Below are positions 10,160 to 20,999 of a stretch of DNA of 64,000 bases, in pieces. The stretch's first letter is position 1. Every line of letters begins with the position of its first letter. The position numbers and the translations under genes are program-made. Source of the stretch: Bdellovibrionales bacterium (lineage in GTDB: Bacteria > Bdellovibrionota > UBA1018 > CAIMNF01); NCBI GenBank assembly GCA_947372355.1, contig CANBTI010000005.1:103-64102 (forward strand). The letters run 5' to 3'. The notes beneath the pieces are model-generated. The model was not told the DNA's origin. It was given only the letters and a program-made list of their open reading frames with translations, and did not search any database.

Positions 10160-11031
10160 GTATAGAATCAAGAGTTACGGATGCAATGGAAGGCACTACT
10201 CACACTTTGCAATCAGTGATTTCAAAGTCTGTCAGTGTAGTCGTTCATACCCTTGAAGAACTGGGAAGCGGTTGGATCTTTTTCCTACGGGTGATGCGCA
10301 CTTATCGAAAAACATCTGGATATAAAGATGCCATTATCGAGCAAATTGCCGAAGTTTCTACACGGACGATTTCTACTGTTATCTTTGCAGGATTATTTGT
10401 GGGAGCAATTTTAGTCCTTCAATTTGATGTGATGCTCAAACGTTTTGATGCTGAAACACTTTTGGGTGGTCTCAATACTTCAGCCACCATCCGTGAAATT
10501 GGTCCCATGATCATTTCATTTTTGCTCGCTGGAAAAATTGGTGCTTACACCACTGCTGAACTTGCCAACATGCGCGTGACTGAACAAATTGATGCGGTTG
10601 AAAGTTTGGGTGTTAGTCCGATTCAATATTTAATCATACCCAGATTTATTGCAATTGTACTTTCATCCGTAGTACTCCTTGCGATCGGTTTATCGGTGAG
10701 TGTGCTAGGATCTATTTTTGTAGCGCAATACTTTTGCGGAATGAATATGTATCAATACATTGCTTCAATTCCTAGATTTGCTGGAGCATGGACCATTTTC
10801 GAAGGGCTAGTTCGTTCCATTATTTTTAGTACTATCGTAGCAAATGTTTCTACTCACAAAGGCTACTCTGCAACCGGAGGGGCTCGCGGTGTAGGTAGAG
10901 CGGTAACCCAATCGGCAATTTATATTAACGTTTACATTGTGGTTGCCAATTTCATTTCCTCTTCTTTATTAGAGTGGATTCATGACCTTTTCTTTTGGGC
11001 CAAAAACATTGTGGAAAGGTTAATTTTCTAA
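10156..11031 (+). CDS. MlaE-like ABC permease (subunit 1)
   Basis: About 290 aa, multi-TM, MlaE/YrbE-type conserved ET.QI.A.ESLGV..IQYL..PR-like segment (TEQIDAVESLGVSPIQYLIIPR). Confidence 0.75.
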   Translation: MSIESRVTDAMEGTTHTLQSVISKSVSVVVHTLEELGSGWIFFLRVMRTYRKTSGYKDAIIEQIAEVSTRTISTVIFAGLFVGAILVLQFDVMLKRFDAETLLGGLNTSATIREIGPMIISFLLAGKIGAYTTAELANMRVTEQIDAVESLGVSPIQYLIIPRFIAIVLSSVVLLAIGLSVSVLGSIFVAQYFCGMNMYQYIASIPRFAGAWTIFEGLVRSIIFSTIVANVSTHKGYSATGGARGVGRAVTQSAIYINVYIVVANFISSSLLEWIHDLFFWAKNIVERLIF

Positions 11032-11795
11032 TGGGATTAGATATTTTTAACCGTCATCTGCGTACCCTTTACCTTGCAATTCAGTTGTTGAAAAAAATGT
11101 TCCATCAACTTTCACGTGGACCGCATCGTAAATTAGAATTTTTTAATCAAATGGAAATCATTGGTGTGGGGAGTTTACCCATCATCAGTATTGCCACCGG
11201 ATTCACAGGCCTGGTGATGACCAGTGAAATTGCTTGGCACATGGATTTTGCACTCAGCAATGTTTCTATGATTCCAGGTTTTACAGGCCAATTTGTGGTG
11301 AGAGAACTGGGAATCGCGGTTCCTGCATTACTCATGGTTTCAAAGGTGGGAGCTTCTCTCACTGCTGAACTTGCCAGTATGCGAATCACCGAGCAATTGG
11401 ATGCATTTAAATTATTAAAAATTGATGTCGTCTCTTATCATATTTTCCCTAGATGGGCGGCATGCACAATTTCTACTGTATGCTTAACCCTGATTTCTAT
11501 TGCGATCACGATCATCATTGCCATGATTACCGCAGTAACTAAGTATCATTTTAATTCTCAGGAATATTTCAACACTTTGGCTCAATTCATCAATTCCATG
11601 GATTTGCTCTGTGCTGTAACAAAATCTGCTATTTTTGGGATGGTCATTCCCCCGATTGCCTGTGCATACGCTTTAAAATGCGAAGGCGGCGCACAAGGCG
11701 TAGGACAAGCCACTACCGATGCAGTGGTAACCTGCACTTTGGCCGTGATCACGCTGGATTTCATTTTGACCGCAATTTTTAGTGCGCTTCTCTAA
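11031..11795 (+). CDS. MlaE-like ABC permease (subunit 2)
   Basis: Paralog of the preceding gene (TEQLDAFKLLKIDVVSYHIFPR). The likely start is the ATG at 11031 overlapping the upstream stop (TAATG); the ORF track's 10995 start lies inside the upstream gene. Confidence 0.7.
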   Translation: MGLDIFNRHLRTLYLAIQLLKKMFHQLSRGPHRKLEFFNQMEIIGVGSLPIISIATGFTGLVMTSEIAWHMDFALSNVSMIPGFTGQFVVRELGIAVPALLMVSKVGASLTAELASMRITEQLDAFKLLKIDVVSYHIFPRWAACTISTVCLTLISIAITIIIAMITAVTKYHFNSQEYFNTLAQFINSMDLLCAVTKSAIFGMVIPPIACAYALKCEGGAQGVGQATTDAVVTCTLAVITLDFILTAIFSALL

Positions 11796-11818
11796 ATTCA
11801 GGGATAAACTTTTCTCAA

Positions 11819-12646
11819 ATGAAATGGACAAACGAAGCCAAGGTTGGCGCATTAGTCACCAGTACAGTAGTCATCGCGTTAGGATTTGCATGGCTTCTCG
11901 GATTTAAAAATCCGTTCTTAGATCAAAATTATTTTTATGTTTCTTATAATTTCGCAGGGGGCATTGAACTTGGCTCTCATGTTAGATTATCAGGAATCAA
12001 AGTTGGAAAAGTGGAAGAGATTGAATTCTTTGCGCCATCTCCAAACCAACAAGTATCAATGAAGGAACCTGGCAGTGCCGATACTGATCCAGGCTTAGCC
12101 TACACACCCGTTCGTTTAAAAATTTCAGTGAGAAAAGCAGCTCTTCCTGGAATCAGAAAAAATTCACACTTCTACATCAATCTCGCTGGCTTGATTGGCG
12201 AGCGTTATATTGAAATCACACCAGGCTCCATCGACTCTGCTCAATTGCATCCTGGAGATATGGTTGCAGGTGTGGATCCTCCTCGTATCGATCAACTCAT
12301 TTCTCAAAGTTTCAACTTGGCTGGAAAAATTCAAGATCTGATTGAGAAAAACAAAGGTGATATTACTAAATCGATCGAACTTCTTTATAAATTAAGTAAC
12401 AACTTAAATAAAACTTTAGAAAAAATTGATCAAAGTAAAATCTTATCTAGAGATCTTGCTTCCTTGATCACTAACCTAATGGAAATGACTAACGATCTAA
12501 GAGAAGTCACCAAAAACACCCGCACTACCGAAGGACAAAAAACACTTAAGCTTTTGCACGATATCTTATGGCGTTTAGAGCCTCTTGATTCTGATCGAAT
12601 TAAGCAGTTCCTTCAAAAAGACGGCGTAAAAGTTAAAATTTTCTAG
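11819..12646 (+). CDS. MlaD-like MCE-domain periplasmic substrate-binding protein
   Basis: N-terminal TM anchor then MCE domain (VRLSGIKVGKVEEIEF), C-terminal helical region. Confidence 0.75.
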   Translation: MKWTNEAKVGALVTSTVVIALGFAWLLGFKNPFLDQNYFYVSYNFAGGIELGSHVRLSGIKVGKVEEIEFFAPSPNQQVSMKEPGSADTDPGLAYTPVRLKISVRKAALPGIRKNSHFYINLAGLIGERYIEITPGSIDSAQLHPGDMVAGVDPPRIDQLISQSFNLAGKIQDLIEKNKGDITKSIELLYKLSNNLNKTLEKIDQSKILSRDLASLITNLMEMTNDLREVTKNTRTTEGQKTLKLLHDILWRLEPLDSDRIKQFLQKDGVKVKIF

Positions 12647-12663
12647 TATTAAGAGGTTTAAAA

Positions 12664-13398
12664 ATGAAGTCCCCATTTGAATTTTATAAAAAACAACTTC
12701 CCATCCTTTTGGTTCTACTCGCGGTAATTTTGGGAATTCGCTCTTCCATTATTGAGCCTTTTCGAATTCCAACACGCTCCATGCTTCCTGGTTTGATCAC
12801 CGGAGATTTTTTATTCGCTGATAAAATGCATTATGGATTCCATGTTCCATTTACTGATACATTTGGATCTCCCGTCTATTTGAACCAAACCAAAAAGCCA
12901 AACCGTGGAGATATTATTATTTTCACACCGCCAGAAGCAGGACAAGAAAGCTTGTACATCAAACGCGTTGCTGGCCTACCTGGTGATCGCATTCGTTTTG
13001 ATGGTAAAAATGTAGTGATCAATGGCAAAACATTGAGTAAAATCGAACTCACCGGTGTTGATCGTGATCAGGTTCTAAATATGAAGGGCTTTGATCCTGA
13101 AGCTCGTTATGAAAAAAGCAAACTTCATGTATTTAAAGAAACTCTCATGACCAAAGATCAAGGTGGAGTTGAAAAAAACTATCTCGTACTTGAGGATGAT
13201 AGTTTTGAAAATACCAACTCTTCTCAAGAGTTCAACATACCTGAAGATCATTATTTCGTACTCGGGGATAATCGTGATGATACCCGCGATAGTCGTGTTT
13301 TTGGGGTGATTTCATTCAGTTCCATTCGTGCAAAAGCACTCGTGATCTGGTTCTCATGGTCTTTCCAGCTCGATCGTATTGGAAAAATGATCAACTAA
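12664..13398 (+). CDS. lepB: Signal peptidase I
   Basis: Catalytic Ser box (IPTRSMLPGL), Lys box (YIKRVAGLPGD), box E GDNRDDTRDSR. Confidence 0.85.
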   Translation: MKSPFEFYKKQLPILLVLLAVILGIRSSIIEPFRIPTRSMLPGLITGDFLFADKMHYGFHVPFTDTFGSPVYLNQTKKPNRGDIIIFTPPEAGQESLYIKRVAGLPGDRIRFDGKNVVINGKTLSKIELTGVDRDQVLNMKGFDPEARYEKSKLHVFKETLMTKDQGGVEKNYLVLEDDSFENTNSSQEFNIPEDHYFVLGDNRDDTRDSRVFGVISFSSIRAKALVIWFSWSFQLDRIGKMIN

Positions 13399-14657
13399 TT
13401 TCTAAATGCTTTTTGAATTACGAGTCCATCTTTAACTCCGATGAATTCAAATTCCACTCTTCTATTTTTTGCCCAGGCTGCTTTATTGTGAGCTTTTGAT
13501 ATTGGTCGATTAGGACCATAACCAACAGCCTTAATTTTATTGATCGGAGCTCCACCTTCGCCCAACAGTTGGCGAACAGTATCCGCGCGAGCTTTAGAAA
13601 GTTTTAAATTATAAGCCTTTTTACCTTGCTCATCGGTATGCCCGGAAACGATCATTCGATCCCAACTATTCTTTTGTTCACCTAAAAATCTTCCAATTTC
13701 CTTCACACGATCTTGGTTGTATTTCGGTAAACGAGCACTATCACTTTCAAATGGTAATGTATTTAAATCCAAGGTCATGACCATTTTTTCTTGAGGACCA
13801 GCTAACACCGGTGCTGGAGTTTCAATCGGTGCCGGTGTGCTCATCACTTCTGGTTCTGGTTCAGCAATGACTGGTGGTTCTGGAGTGGGTTCAGGGGTTG
13901 CAACAGGCATTGGCTCTGGAGCTACTTGTTCCAAATCAGATTGCTTTAATTCTTCAACATATCTTGGCTTTTCCGGATTTCCTCCGGGAGAAAATCCGAT
14001 TTGGAAAAATACTTGGAATAAATTTAGATTTCTTGCATCTATATTTAAATCAGTATTCCAACGAGCTCCTAAACGATATTTAGTGGGATCTTGATCATTC
14101 ATCCACTCATAAATTAATTGAACCCCACCTAAAATTGCATTGTTGGGCGATGATGAAAAAATATCTGCATTTAATCCATTATCAGTTCCAAACCAATACT
14201 GTAACTCTGGACCAAACTGCCAATTTTGATTAATGCGATAACGAGGGGATAAATCTGCAAAAATAGTGCGGGTATAAACCTTAAGTTTATCATTAGTGGA
14301 ATTTGTTCCCGAACTGGAAATAAAAGTAAACCCAAGACCACCATCGATGATCCATTTTTTAGAATAAAACGCTGCCAACCCTCTAATGCCAACTCCTAAA
14401 CCACTTTTTGCCACATCCGTAGTGACGATAGATTCTGAATAACTTGCATATCCGAGATCAATCCCACCAAAGAGATAGAATTTTTTTTCGTTCCAAATTT
14501 CTTTAGGAGAATAATCAGAATTATATTGTTGATCACTATATTTTGAAGAATTTGATTTGACTGGAATCTTTTTTCCACGCACCGGCGCTGCATCCGCAAA
14601 TAGGTTTATACCACTCAACAGCACTACACCTAGGCACCACAATTTTTTATTCTTCAT
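13395..14657 (-). CDS. OmpA-family outer membrane protein (N-terminal beta-barrel, PEP-rich linker, C-terminal OmpA peptidoglycan-binding domain)
   Basis: Signal peptide; linker PEPMPVATPEPTPEPPVIAEPEPEV; OmpA_C motifs VSGHTDEQGKKAYNLKLSKARADTV. Confidence 0.8.
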   Translation of the reverse strand: MKNKKLWCLGVVLLSGINLFADAAPVRGKKIPVKSNSSKYSDQQYNSDYSPKEIWNEKKFYLFGGIDLGYASYSESIVTTDVAKSGLGVGIRGLAAFYSKKWIIDGGLGFTFISSSGTNSTNDKLKVYTRTIFADLSPRYRINQNWQFGPELQYWFGTDNGLNADIFSSSPNNAILGGVQLIYEWMNDQDPTKYRLGARWNTDLNIDARNLNLFQVFFQIGFSPGGNPEKPRYVEELKQSDLEQVAPEPMPVATPEPTPEPPVIAEPEPEVMSTPAPIETPAPVLAGPQEKMVMTLDLNTLPFESDSARLPKYNQDRVKEIGRFLGEQKNSWDRMIVSGHTDEQGKKAYNLKLSKARADTVRQLLGEGGAPINKIKAVGYGPNRPISKAHNKAAWAKNRRVEFEFIGVKDGLVIQKAFRN

Positions 14658-14671
14658 TAACTATATAATAA

Positions 14672-16285
14672 TTACTTAGTGAGCTCGTCGGCAAGAGCTT
14701 TTTCCAACATTGGAAACCATTCCGCGCCGTGATCTTGACGGCATAAGTACAGGGGTTGCCTTCTGCGGATGAAATCTTCCACCTTCATCACCATTTGGTT
14801 TCGAACCGAATATCTAAATTGCGCCTCTAACATTGGAAAACCATCAGGATCTTTCATCGTTTGATCACAAAAATCGAGGTGAATTTGATAAACATCAAGC
14901 GCCTCAGCTCCATAACGTTCATATAATTTTTCTGGAATGCTCCAGTCCTTACCTCTTGCCACTTCTCTTGCCCTTAAAATTGCAGCAGGAAGAGCTGCAG
15001 GAAATAGTGCTGAATCGGTTGCTGGATTGATTCTAGGCTGTCCACTCGTTGCAAAATCAACGATCTGTTCCGCCATTTTTCTAAAGGTAGTGTATTTTCC
15101 ACCTGCCACAATGACAGAATCTCCTGGTCCATGATCAATCGTGTGTTCACGAGAAACTTTTTGAAGATTTTTTTCTCCTTCACTACTGTGCCCACGGTCT
15201 GGTCTCACGAGAGGTCTAATTCCGATGTAATGATTGATTACATCTTGATCGGTTAGTTTTAGCTCTGGAAAATATTTTGAAAGTAACTGGAGAAGATAGG
15301 TTTGATCGGTAGTGATATCCGCTTGATCGTCTTCTACTTTATCGGGATTAGCGGGAGCTGGTCCGTCGGTAGTTCCCACAATCGTAATGCCTGGTCCGTA
15401 ATCAGGACGAGGGATTGCGAATGCAATTCTTCCATCTTCAATTTGCATGGTCACGGCACCGGGAAGAGGAAAACGTGCGAGTGAAAACACAAGGTGAGTT
15501 CCTCTGCTGGGAGCAAGCCATGATTCCCAAGAATCTTTACCTTGAACGAGGGTTTTACCCACTTCATCAGTCCACACGCCGGCACAAACGATTAATTTTT
15601 TAAATTTTACATTAATCGATTTTTCAGCCGTATTTCCAACTTTTTCAGCGGTCACGGTCATCGATGTGATTTTATTTTCAGAATTATATTCTGGTTTTTG
15701 AGCTTTCGTTCTGGAAACCACACAAGCTCCCAGGGATTGTGCTTTGGCTAGTACATCGATGGTAAGTGCATCATCCCACATGGAAGCATCGTAATATTTA
15801 AAACTGCAAATGAGTCCGTCTTTTTTCATTCCGGGAATCGTACGGATCGTTGTTCCTTTAGAAAGTTTTTGATGAAGAGCGGGCGCTCGAAAAGTTGAGA
15901 GCAAATCGTAAAACCACATCCCTGCACTCAACAAATATGATGAATGCGGACTATCTTCGTACACGGGCATATAAAATGGAAGCGGACGCACGAGATGCGG
16001 ACAATTCTCAAGTAAGTAAGTGCGCTCATGAAGTGCTTCGAACACTAATCCGAATTCATAATTCTCAAGATAACGTAATCCACCGTGAATGAGCTTTGAA
16101 CTTCGAGAAGATGTTCCTTGAGCAAAATCATCTTTCTCTACTAGCGCTACTTTATATCCGCGAGAAGCTGCATCCCAAGCCACTCCGGCTCCAGATATTC
16201 CCCCACCGACGACTAAAAAATCAAATTCTTCTGTTTCAAGACGTTTGAGATTTTCGTTGCGGGTTTTGAAGGAGAATTGAGTCAT
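14672..16285 (-). CDS. glpD: FAD-dependent glycerol-3-phosphate dehydrogenase
   Basis: N-terminal dinucleotide fold DFLVVGGGISGAGVAWDAASRG, GlpD-family length (537 aa). Confidence 0.8.
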   Translation of the reverse strand: MTQFSFKTRNENLKRLETEEFDFLVVGGGISGAGVAWDAASRGYKVALVEKDDFAQGTSSRSSKLIHGGLRYLENYEFGLVFEALHERTYLLENCPHLVRPLPFYMPVYEDSPHSSYLLSAGMWFYDLLSTFRAPALHQKLSKGTTIRTIPGMKKDGLICSFKYYDASMWDDALTIDVLAKAQSLGACVVSRTKAQKPEYNSENKITSMTVTAEKVGNTAEKSINVKFKKLIVCAGVWTDEVGKTLVQGKDSWESWLAPSRGTHLVFSLARFPLPGAVTMQIEDGRIAFAIPRPDYGPGITIVGTTDGPAPANPDKVEDDQADITTDQTYLLQLLSKYFPELKLTDQDVINHYIGIRPLVRPDRGHSSEGEKNLQKVSREHTIDHGPGDSVIVAGGKYTTFRKMAEQIVDFATSGQPRINPATDSALFPAALPAAILRAREVARGKDWSIPEKLYERYGAEALDVYQIHLDFCDQTMKDPDGFPMLEAQFRYSVRNQMVMKVEDFIRRRQPLYLCRQDHGAEWFPMLEKALADELTK

Positions 16286-16296
16286 ATTGGATCTTC

Positions 16297-18117
16297 CTAT
16301 TTAGCTTTCACAACCATCACATTGAGTTCATGCAACTGAGCTGGTGAAACTTCAGATGGAGTTCCAGCCATGATATCGGTTCCTTTTTGTGTTTTAGGGA
16401 ATGCCATCACATCGCGGATCGGGCCTACACCACAAAGAAGAGCCGCTAATCGTTCCACACCAAATGCGAGTCCTCCGTGGGGAGGCGTTCCGTATTGAAG
16501 CGCATCGAGGAAAAATCCAAATTTAGTTTTTGCTTCTTCAGGGGTGAGACCAAGAAGCTTAAACATTGCCGCTTGAACATCAGAACGATAAATCCTGAGT
16601 GAACCACCGCCTACTTCCACACCGTTTAGAACCATATCGTATGCAGAAGCCTCTAAATTATCCATGTTGCGGCTATTGATGAAATCATCAAAAAATTCCG
16701 GACGTGGTGAAGTGAAAGGATGATGGCAAGCAAAGTAGCGTCCTTCTTTATCATCAAACTCAAGGAGTGGAAAATTCACTACCCACAAGAATGCAAAGTT
16801 TTTTGCTTCTGGAGGAGGAATCACACCCAAACGCGCACCTACATCTAAACGAAGAGCGCCGAGCGCATCGTAAACCACTTTATTTTTATCAGCCACGATC
16901 ATCACCAGAGATCCTGGTTTAAGCGATAAACGCGCTGTTAAAGCTGCTTTTTCTTCAGGAGTGAAAAATTTCGCTGCTGGAGATTGCATCTCTCCCTCAG
17001 GAGTGATTTTAATCCAGAGCAAACCCTTTGCACCATATTGGGAAACGTGTTTGGTCAAATCATCTAAATCTTTACGTGAAAACTTTTCCGCTTCACCGTG
17101 AACCACAATCCCGCGAACGGAACCCTTAATCCCACGAGCATTTGGAGCAAGTGCATTTGAGAACACTTGAAAAGTGGACGTAGCAAAAATATCCGAAAGA
17201 TCTTGAAGCTCTAATCCGAAACGAACATCTGGTTTATCCACACCAAATCGATTCATGGCATCTTTATAAGCCATGCGAGGAAATGGAATTTGCACATCCA
17301 CGTTCAGAATTTTTTTCCAAAGTTTTTGAATCATTCCTTCCAAAATTGGAAATAAAGATTCTTCATCTAAAAATGAAGTCTCAATATCAATTTGGGAAAA
17401 CTCAGGCTGGCGATCCGCACGTAAATCTTCATCTCGGAAACAACGCGCTATTTGAAAATAACGATCCATTCCTGAGATCATGAGTAATTGCTTTAAGGTT
17501 TGAGGAGATTGAGGGAGTGCGTAAAATTCTCCAGGGCTCAATCTTGAAGGAACGATAAAATCGCGAGCGCCTTCGGGAGTGCTCTTATAAAGAATCGGTG
17601 TTTCCACTTCAATAAAGCTATTTTCGTCAAGATGTTGACGAACGATCTGCAGCATTTTATGACGCGTAATTAAGTTATTTTGAAGATAAGGACGGCGTAA
17701 GTCTAAATATCTGTATTGAAGACGCACTTGCTCTGCAACATCCACTTCATCTTCAATTGGAAACGGAGGGGTTTTAGCTTCAGATAGAATCACTAAATCG
17801 TGACAAGCAACTTCAATGGCACCAGTCGTTAACTTTGCGTTAGTCATACCATCCGGGCGGGCACGAACTTTACCCTTACACCAAAGTACATATTCAGAAC
17901 GAAGCTTTTCTGAAAGTGAGAAAACGGCTGCGTCACTCATATGAGCTGGATCGAAGACAATTTGCGTTATTCCGTAACGATCACGAAGATCGATGAAGAT
18001 GAGTCCGCCATGATCACGACGCTTTGCCACCCAACCACAAAGCATCACTTCTTGGTTCAATTGTTTGACTCCTAATTCACCGCAAGTATGTGATCGTTGT
18101 GTCTTTTTCATTGTCAT
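16297..18117 (-). CDS. aspS: Aspartate--tRNA ligase
   Basis: 606 aa; class II aaRS motifs, OB-fold anticodon-binding N-domain (GWVAKRRDHGGLIFIDLRDRYG). Confidence 0.95.
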   Translation of the reverse strand: MTMKKTQRSHTCGELGVKQLNQEVMLCGWVAKRRDHGGLIFIDLRDRYGITQIVFDPAHMSDAAVFSLSEKLRSEYVLWCKGKVRARPDGMTNAKLTTGAIEVACHDLVILSEAKTPPFPIEDEVDVAEQVRLQYRYLDLRRPYLQNNLITRHKMLQIVRQHLDENSFIEVETPILYKSTPEGARDFIVPSRLSPGEFYALPQSPQTLKQLLMISGMDRYFQIARCFRDEDLRADRQPEFSQIDIETSFLDEESLFPILEGMIQKLWKKILNVDVQIPFPRMAYKDAMNRFGVDKPDVRFGLELQDLSDIFATSTFQVFSNALAPNARGIKGSVRGIVVHGEAEKFSRKDLDDLTKHVSQYGAKGLLWIKITPEGEMQSPAAKFFTPEEKAALTARLSLKPGSLVMIVADKNKVVYDALGALRLDVGARLGVIPPPEAKNFAFLWVVNFPLLEFDDKEGRYFACHHPFTSPRPEFFDDFINSRNMDNLEASAYDMVLNGVEVGGGSLRIYRSDVQAAMFKLLGLTPEEAKTKFGFFLDALQYGTPPHGGLAFGVERLAALLCGVGPIRDVMAFPKTQKGTDIMAGTPSEVSPAQLHELNVMVVKAK

Positions 18118-18180
18118 AGGGAATACTCTACCGATTGACGAATAGCTTTACAACACTTACGGTTTAATAAAGTACTTTTT

Positions 18181-20973
18181 ATGGAAAATTCTGAAACTAA
18201 TCACGAATTCAATGTCGGCAACTTCAATTACCTCCGCAGTTTGAACGCGGATTACATTGATGAGATTTATTCGAAATACCTTGAGGACGCAGATTCTGTA
18301 GATCCCACTTGGAAATATTTTTTTGATGGCGTCTATCTGGGCGAAGCCACCGTTCGCGCAGAAAATGCAGCTGCCGCACCATCCACCGATTGGTTGGGCG
18401 AACTTAAAGTTTATCAACTCATCCAAGCTTACCGTGAGCAAGGACACTTGATTGCCAAACTCAATCCAATTTTTGAAAATCAAACCGCTCACGCTGAATT
18501 GGATTTGGAAACTTTCGCACTCACGAATGATGATCTTGAAAAAACTTTTACTTCTGCCCGTTTTTTAGGACTAGAAAACACCACCCTCTCCAACATCATC
18601 AGTTACTTGAAAAAAGTTTACTGTGGCTCCGTGGGTGTAGAAGTGAATCAAATTCAAAACTCAGAAGAACGCACTTGGATTGAAAAGAAAATTGAATCTT
18701 TGGATGGCAATTACTCTGTTTCCATTGTTGATAAAAAATTTATTTTAAATCGTCTTACTGCCAGCGAATCACTTGAGAAATTTATTCACACTCGCTATGT
18801 TGCACAAAAAAGATTTTCAATCGAAGGTGGAGAAGCCCTCATTCCAGCCCTGGATTGCGTGATTGAAACTGCAGCCCAGTTAGGCGCTGAAGAAATTGTA
18901 ATGGGTATGGCCCATCGTGGACGCCTGAATGTACTCATCAATACTTTTAAGAAAAAACCGGAATACTTGTTTTCAGAGTTTGATGATAACTATCGCTTAT
19001 CAACCGATCACGGTGAAGGCGATGTTAAATATCATAAAGGTTACTCACTGGATGCAGTGACTCGCCAAGGAAAAGAAGTCCATCTTTCTATGGGATTTAA
19101 TCCCTCTCATCTAGAGTTCATTGATCCAGTCGTAGTGGGAATGTCGAAGGCCAAACAATTTCAACGCAAAGACACTGAAAAGAAAAAAGTGCTCACCATC
19201 ATGATGCACGGTGATGCTGCGTTTGCGGGTCAAGGTGTGGTGTATGAAACTCTTCAAGCATCTCAATTAAAAAGTTACAGCGTAGGCGGTACGATTCACA
19301 TCATCTCTAACAACCAAGTTGGTTTCACCACGAATCCTAGTGATGCGCGCTCAACTCGATACTGTTCTGATCTTGCTCGTATGTTGGATGCCCCAATTTT
19401 TCATGTGAATGGGGATGATCCTGAAGCACTTTGGCATGTGATTCAAATTGCCACTCAGTTTCGTTATCAATTCAACAAAGATGTTTTCATTGATATGATT
19501 TGTTACCGTAAATTCGGACACAATGAAGGCGATGAACCCTCTTTCACTCAACCCAATCTCTATAAATTAATTTCTTCACACTCCTCACCTCGTGAAGTTT
19601 ATGCAAAACGTTTGATTGCCGAAAATATTTCATCTGAAAGTGATGTTCAAGCCGAATTGGATTCCGCCATGACTCCTCTCACTCAAGCACTTGAAAAAGT
19701 ACGCGCTGAAAAACCTGAGCCCTATCATTCGGAATATCAGGGTAAACACTGGTCTAAACTTCATGCTGCTCATAGCGAAGATTTATTCAAAAAAGTGAAC
19801 ACTTCAGTTTCTGCAAATGATTTGATCACCACCACCAAAGCGATCAATCATTTTCCTTCCACAATTACCATTCACCCAAAACTTCAACGTATGTTTGATG
19901 CTCGCATTCAAACCGTTGAACAAGGTAAAGGAATTGATTGGGGAAATGCTGAAGTGCTTGCTTATGCAACACTCCTCAAAGAGGGCATCAATGTGCGCAT
20001 GACCGGACAAGACGTTCAGCGCGGAACATTTACCCATCGTCACGCAGCTGTGACTGATTTTAATTCCAATCAAACTTACATTGCGATGAATGAACTTCAT
20101 CCATCTGCAAAAATTGCTATTTATAACAGCCATCTTTCTGAAACGGCTGCAATGGGAATTGAGTTCGGATATTCAGTGACTGATCCAGATACCTTAGTGA
20201 TCTGGGAAGCGCAGTTTGGAGATTTCGGTAATGGCGCACAAGTGATCATCGATCAATTCATCGCCACTTCTGAAAGCAAATGGCATCGCGCAAGTGGTCT
20301 CACTCTTTTACTTCCTCACGGTTTTGAAGGACAAGGCCCAGAACATTCTTCAGCGAGACTAGAACGCTTTTTGCAATTATGCGGTAAGGATAATATTTAC
20401 GTAACTTACCCAACCACTCCAGCACAGATTTTTCATCTGTTACGTCGCCAAGTGAAACGTGATTTCCGTAAACCTCTCGTGGTGATGACTCCGAAGAGCT
20501 TGCTTCGTCATCCAAAAGCAATTTCAGACCTGAGTGATCTTTCTAACCAAGGCTTTCAAGAAGTTCTTGATGATGCTGGTGCAAACGCAAGTGAAATTAA
20601 ACGCATCATGATTTGCTCTGGAAAAATTTATTATGATCTTTTAGAAGAACAAATTGCACGAAAATCAACCGATGTTGCAATCGTACGTTTAGAACAGCTT
20701 TACCCATGGCCAGAAGATCTGCTTGCTGCAACTCTTTCAAAATATTCAAATGCAAAAGAAATTTTTTGGATTCAAGAAGAACCAAGAAATATGGGCGCTT
20801 GGATGCACTTTCAAGGCATGTGGGGCGGAGCACTGGCAAACTTTGGATCTAGATTTCCAAAACTACGCCTAACTTATGTGGGACGTGAAGTTTGTGCGTC
20901 TCCAGCAGTGGGTTCAAAAAAATTACACGATAAAGAACAAAAAGAAATTATCTTAAGAGCATTTCAAGATTAA
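18181..20973 (+). CDS. sucA: 2-oxoglutarate dehydrogenase E1 component
   Basis: 930 aa, ThDP-dependent E1 motifs; followed by E2 and E3 genes. Confidence 0.95.
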   Translation: MENSETNHEFNVGNFNYLRSLNADYIDEIYSKYLEDADSVDPTWKYFFDGVYLGEATVRAENAAAAPSTDWLGELKVYQLIQAYREQGHLIAKLNPIFENQTAHAELDLETFALTNDDLEKTFTSARFLGLENTTLSNIISYLKKVYCGSVGVEVNQIQNSEERTWIEKKIESLDGNYSVSIVDKKFILNRLTASESLEKFIHTRYVAQKRFSIEGGEALIPALDCVIETAAQLGAEEIVMGMAHRGRLNVLINTFKKKPEYLFSEFDDNYRLSTDHGEGDVKYHKGYSLDAVTRQGKEVHLSMGFNPSHLEFIDPVVVGMSKAKQFQRKDTEKKKVLTIMMHGDAAFAGQGVVYETLQASQLKSYSVGGTIHIISNNQVGFTTNPSDARSTRYCSDLARMLDAPIFHVNGDDPEALWHVIQIATQFRYQFNKDVFIDMICYRKFGHNEGDEPSFTQPNLYKLISSHSSPREVYAKRLIAENISSESDVQAELDSAMTPLTQALEKVRAEKPEPYHSEYQGKHWSKLHAAHSEDLFKKVNTSVSANDLITTTKAINHFPSTITIHPKLQRMFDARIQTVEQGKGIDWGNAEVLAYATLLKEGINVRMTGQDVQRGTFTHRHAAVTDFNSNQTYIAMNELHPSAKIAIYNSHLSETAAMGIEFGYSVTDPDTLVIWEAQFGDFGNGAQVIIDQFIATSESKWHRASGLTLLLPHGFEGQGPEHSSARLERFLQLCGKDNIYVTYPTTPAQIFHLLRRQVKRDFRKPLVVMTPKSLLRHPKAISDLSDLSNQGFQEVLDDAGANASEIKRIMICSGKIYYDLLEEQIARKSTDVAIVRLEQLYPWPEDLLAATLSKYSNAKEIFWIQEEPRNMGAWMHFQGMWGGALANFGSRFPKLRLTYVGREVCASPAVGSKKLHDKEQKEIILRAFQD

Positions 20974-20999
20974 GCGGAAAGAAGAAAAAGGAAACAAAG

